DNA of 64,000 nt from positions 176,234-240,233 of the forward strand of contig CAWHAE010000019.1 in assembly GCA_963827235.1 (NCBI GenBank). The letters are read 5' to 3'. Shown here one piece after another: positions 62,264 to 64,000 of the stretch. The DNA comes from an uncultured bacterium (GTDB lineage: Bacteria; Chloroflexota; UBA5177; JANWHV01). The notes under the pieces were generated by a model that saw only the letters and a program-made list of their open reading frames with translations, was not told where the DNA came from and searched no databases. Position numbers and translations under genes: made by a program. Position 1 is the stretch's first letter. The number at the start of each line of letters is the position of its first letter.

Positions 62264-63538
62264 CTACAGCAGGCCGTCGATCTGCTTGGCGGCGGAATCG
62301 AGGGCTGCCTGGGCAGTCTCCTGGTGGCGAATCGCCTTGTTATAGGCGTCGGTCAACACGGTGTCGATCTTGGTCCAGTTCGGGCTTACCGTGCGCGGAT
62401 AGGCCGTTTCGAGCTGCTTGGAGAAGACCGGGAAGTAGGAGGGCAGTGCCGGGTTCTTGGCCACGCTGGAGATCACCGGCATCTGGCCTGTGGTGCCCAT
62501 CAGTACTTGCGCGGTCGGCGAGGTCATGAACTGCATGAAGGCGCGGTCTGCGGCGACGTTCTTGCTGGAGGCCATCTGCACGATGTCCTCACCGCCGACC
62601 ACGGACGCCGACTGGCCTCCAGGCCCGGCAGGCATGGGTGCCATGCCGTAGTCCAGCTTCGGATAGGTGGCCGAGAACAGCGGCGGCATCCAGGGACCGT
62701 CGATGATCATCCCGGCCTGGTTGGTCCCGATGGCCGCGCTCGTCTGCAGACCACCGCCCAGAATCGAGGGCGACAGCGTTCCGGCGTCCTTCATGTTCAC
62801 CAGGAACTGCAGTGCCGCTACGCTCTTGGCGCTGTTGGTGTAGCCGGTGGCGTGCTGGAACTTGGAGTCGGTCACCGCGCCGCCGAAGCTCCAGATCCAG
62901 GGCAGGATGTTCCAGGGGTCGAGGCCGCCTTCGGCGTAGCCGTAAATGTTCTTGCCCAGGGCGGTGATCTTGGCTGCGTCGGCCATGAATTCGTCGGTGG
63001 TTGTCGGAGGCGTGCTGATACCTGCCTTGGCAAATAGCGTCTTGTTATAGATCAGCACGCGCGTGTTCGTGTCGAGCGGCAGGCCATAGTAGTGACCCCT
63101 GAAGTAGAGCGTGGCCAGCGGCCCGGAGTAGAACTCCTTGCCGCGCGACGCCACGATGTCGTCCGTCCTGGCCAGGGCGCCGATCTTGGCGAGCTGCGGC
63201 ACCCAGATGATGTCCGAGCGCACCACGTCGGGCCCGCTGCCGCCGGCCACGGAGGCGACCAGCTTTTGTAGCAGCGATGCATAGGGAATGTTCTGGCTAT
63301 AAACCGTGACGCTGGGATACAGCTTCTGGAAGGCCGGGATCACCTTGGTAATCAGCGTGGTGTTCTCGGCGCTGACCGTATTGTAGGCATTCCAGAACAC
63401 CACGTCGCCACTGATCGCAGTGTTCCCGGCCGCCCGCGACTGCGGCAGACTCGTGCCCGCGAGACCGACGAATAGCGCCGCGGCCAGCGCGGCACTGACG
63501 ATGTGGCGACTCACCCGGACGCTGTGTAGACTGAGCAT
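62264..63538 (-). CDS. Carbohydrate ABC transporter solute-binding protein
   Basis: Signal peptide, GPDVV, YYGLP, LIYNK.LF, DGPW; AAGGAG before ATG 63538. Confidence 0.92.
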   Translation of the reverse strand: MLSLHSVRVSRHIVSAALAAALFVGLAGTSLPQSRAAGNTAISGDVVFWNAYNTVSAENTTLITKVIPAFQKLYPSVTVYSQNIPYASLLQKLVASVAGGSGPDVVRSDIIWVPQLAKIGALARTDDIVASRGKEFYSGPLATLYFRGHYYGLPLDTNTRVLIYNKTLFAKAGISTPPTTTDEFMADAAKITALGKNIYGYAEGGLDPWNILPWIWSFGGAVTDSKFQHATGYTNSAKSVAALQFLVNMKDAGTLSPSILGGGLQTSAAIGTNQAGMIIDGPWMPPLFSATYPKLDYGMAPMPAGPGGQSASVVGGEDIVQMASSKNVAADRAFMQFMTSPTAQVLMGTTGQMPVISSVAKNPALPSYFPVFSKQLETAYPRTVSPNWTKIDTVLTDAYNKAIRHQETAQAALDSAAKQIDGLL

Positions 63539-63624
63539 GAGTGCGAACTCCTTCGTCCCTTCGACAGGAATGTGCTGCAAAGCATGACATTAGGCTGCTG
63601 TGCGCTGTTGCGTTGCGGCTCGCA

Positions 63625-64000
63625 TCACCCCCTTCTGCGCGTGCGACCCTGGCGAGACGCCAGTCGCGACGCCAACAACGTGTCGATCACCGGATCCTCC
63701 CCGGTCTCGTAGATAGGCGGCCGGAAAACCTCGCGCAGGACCAGGCTGGCGGCGCCGCGTGCCCATTCTTCGTCGGACGTTTGCAGTACCTCGAGCGCGA
63801 CCTCGTGCCCGGACCGGCCGAATACGTGTCGAGGCAGCGCGGCCCGCAACGGATCGATGATCAGGTCTCCGCCGCGCAGGCCCTCTCCGCCCACCAGCAC
63901 CAGCGAGGGATCGAAGATGTTGACCAGATTGGCCAGCGCCACGCCGAGGGCGGTACCGGCACGCTCGAATATGGCTCGCACGCGGCGGTCGCCCGCGTGC
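63625..64000 (-). CDS. ROK-family regulator, C-terminal part; 5' end outside window
   Basis: AG..LG.ALANLVNIFDP..VLVGGEG, WARGAA. Confidence 0.85.
   Translation of the reverse strand, partial: HAGDRRVRAIFERAGTALGVALANLVNIFDPSLVLVGGEGLRGGDLIIDPLRAALPRHVFGRSGHEVALEVLQTSDEEWARGAASLVLREVFRPPIYETGEDPVIDTLLASRLASRQGRTRRRG

Overview
GC-rich bacterial chromosomal window. The lineage is probably Chloroflexota-like; this is an inference from the IleRS signature variants, the T-box, tandem GT9 genes and the N-terminal domain of the MalT-like regulator. It holds about 45 genes. Housekeeping and metabolic genes include tRNA-Leu(CAA), metG, ileS, ilvD, ahpC, sthA, rocF, a GH2 beta-galactosidase and a GH66/GH15/ABC/ROK alpha-glucan locus. 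There are also four GT9 glycosyltransferases, one intact IS4-family element and a decayed MFS/TetR patch. The strongest unexplained signal is upstream of metG: an apparently leaderless 31-codon uORF with a Met-Pro-Met-Ser-Met run, embedded in a 1:2 / 2:3 / 3:4 attenuator. It looks like a methionine-sensing, ribosome-controlled attenuator, whereas ileS has a conventional Ile T-box. The second signal is a dispersed ~140-bp palindrome-containing repeat at five gene 3' ends. It is the IS4 insertion target and supplies stop codons or a C-terminus to host genes. Several single-base frameshifts (ilvD, GT2, an oxidoreductase, TetR) may be consensus errors. No database searches were run; family calls rest on recognised motifs.
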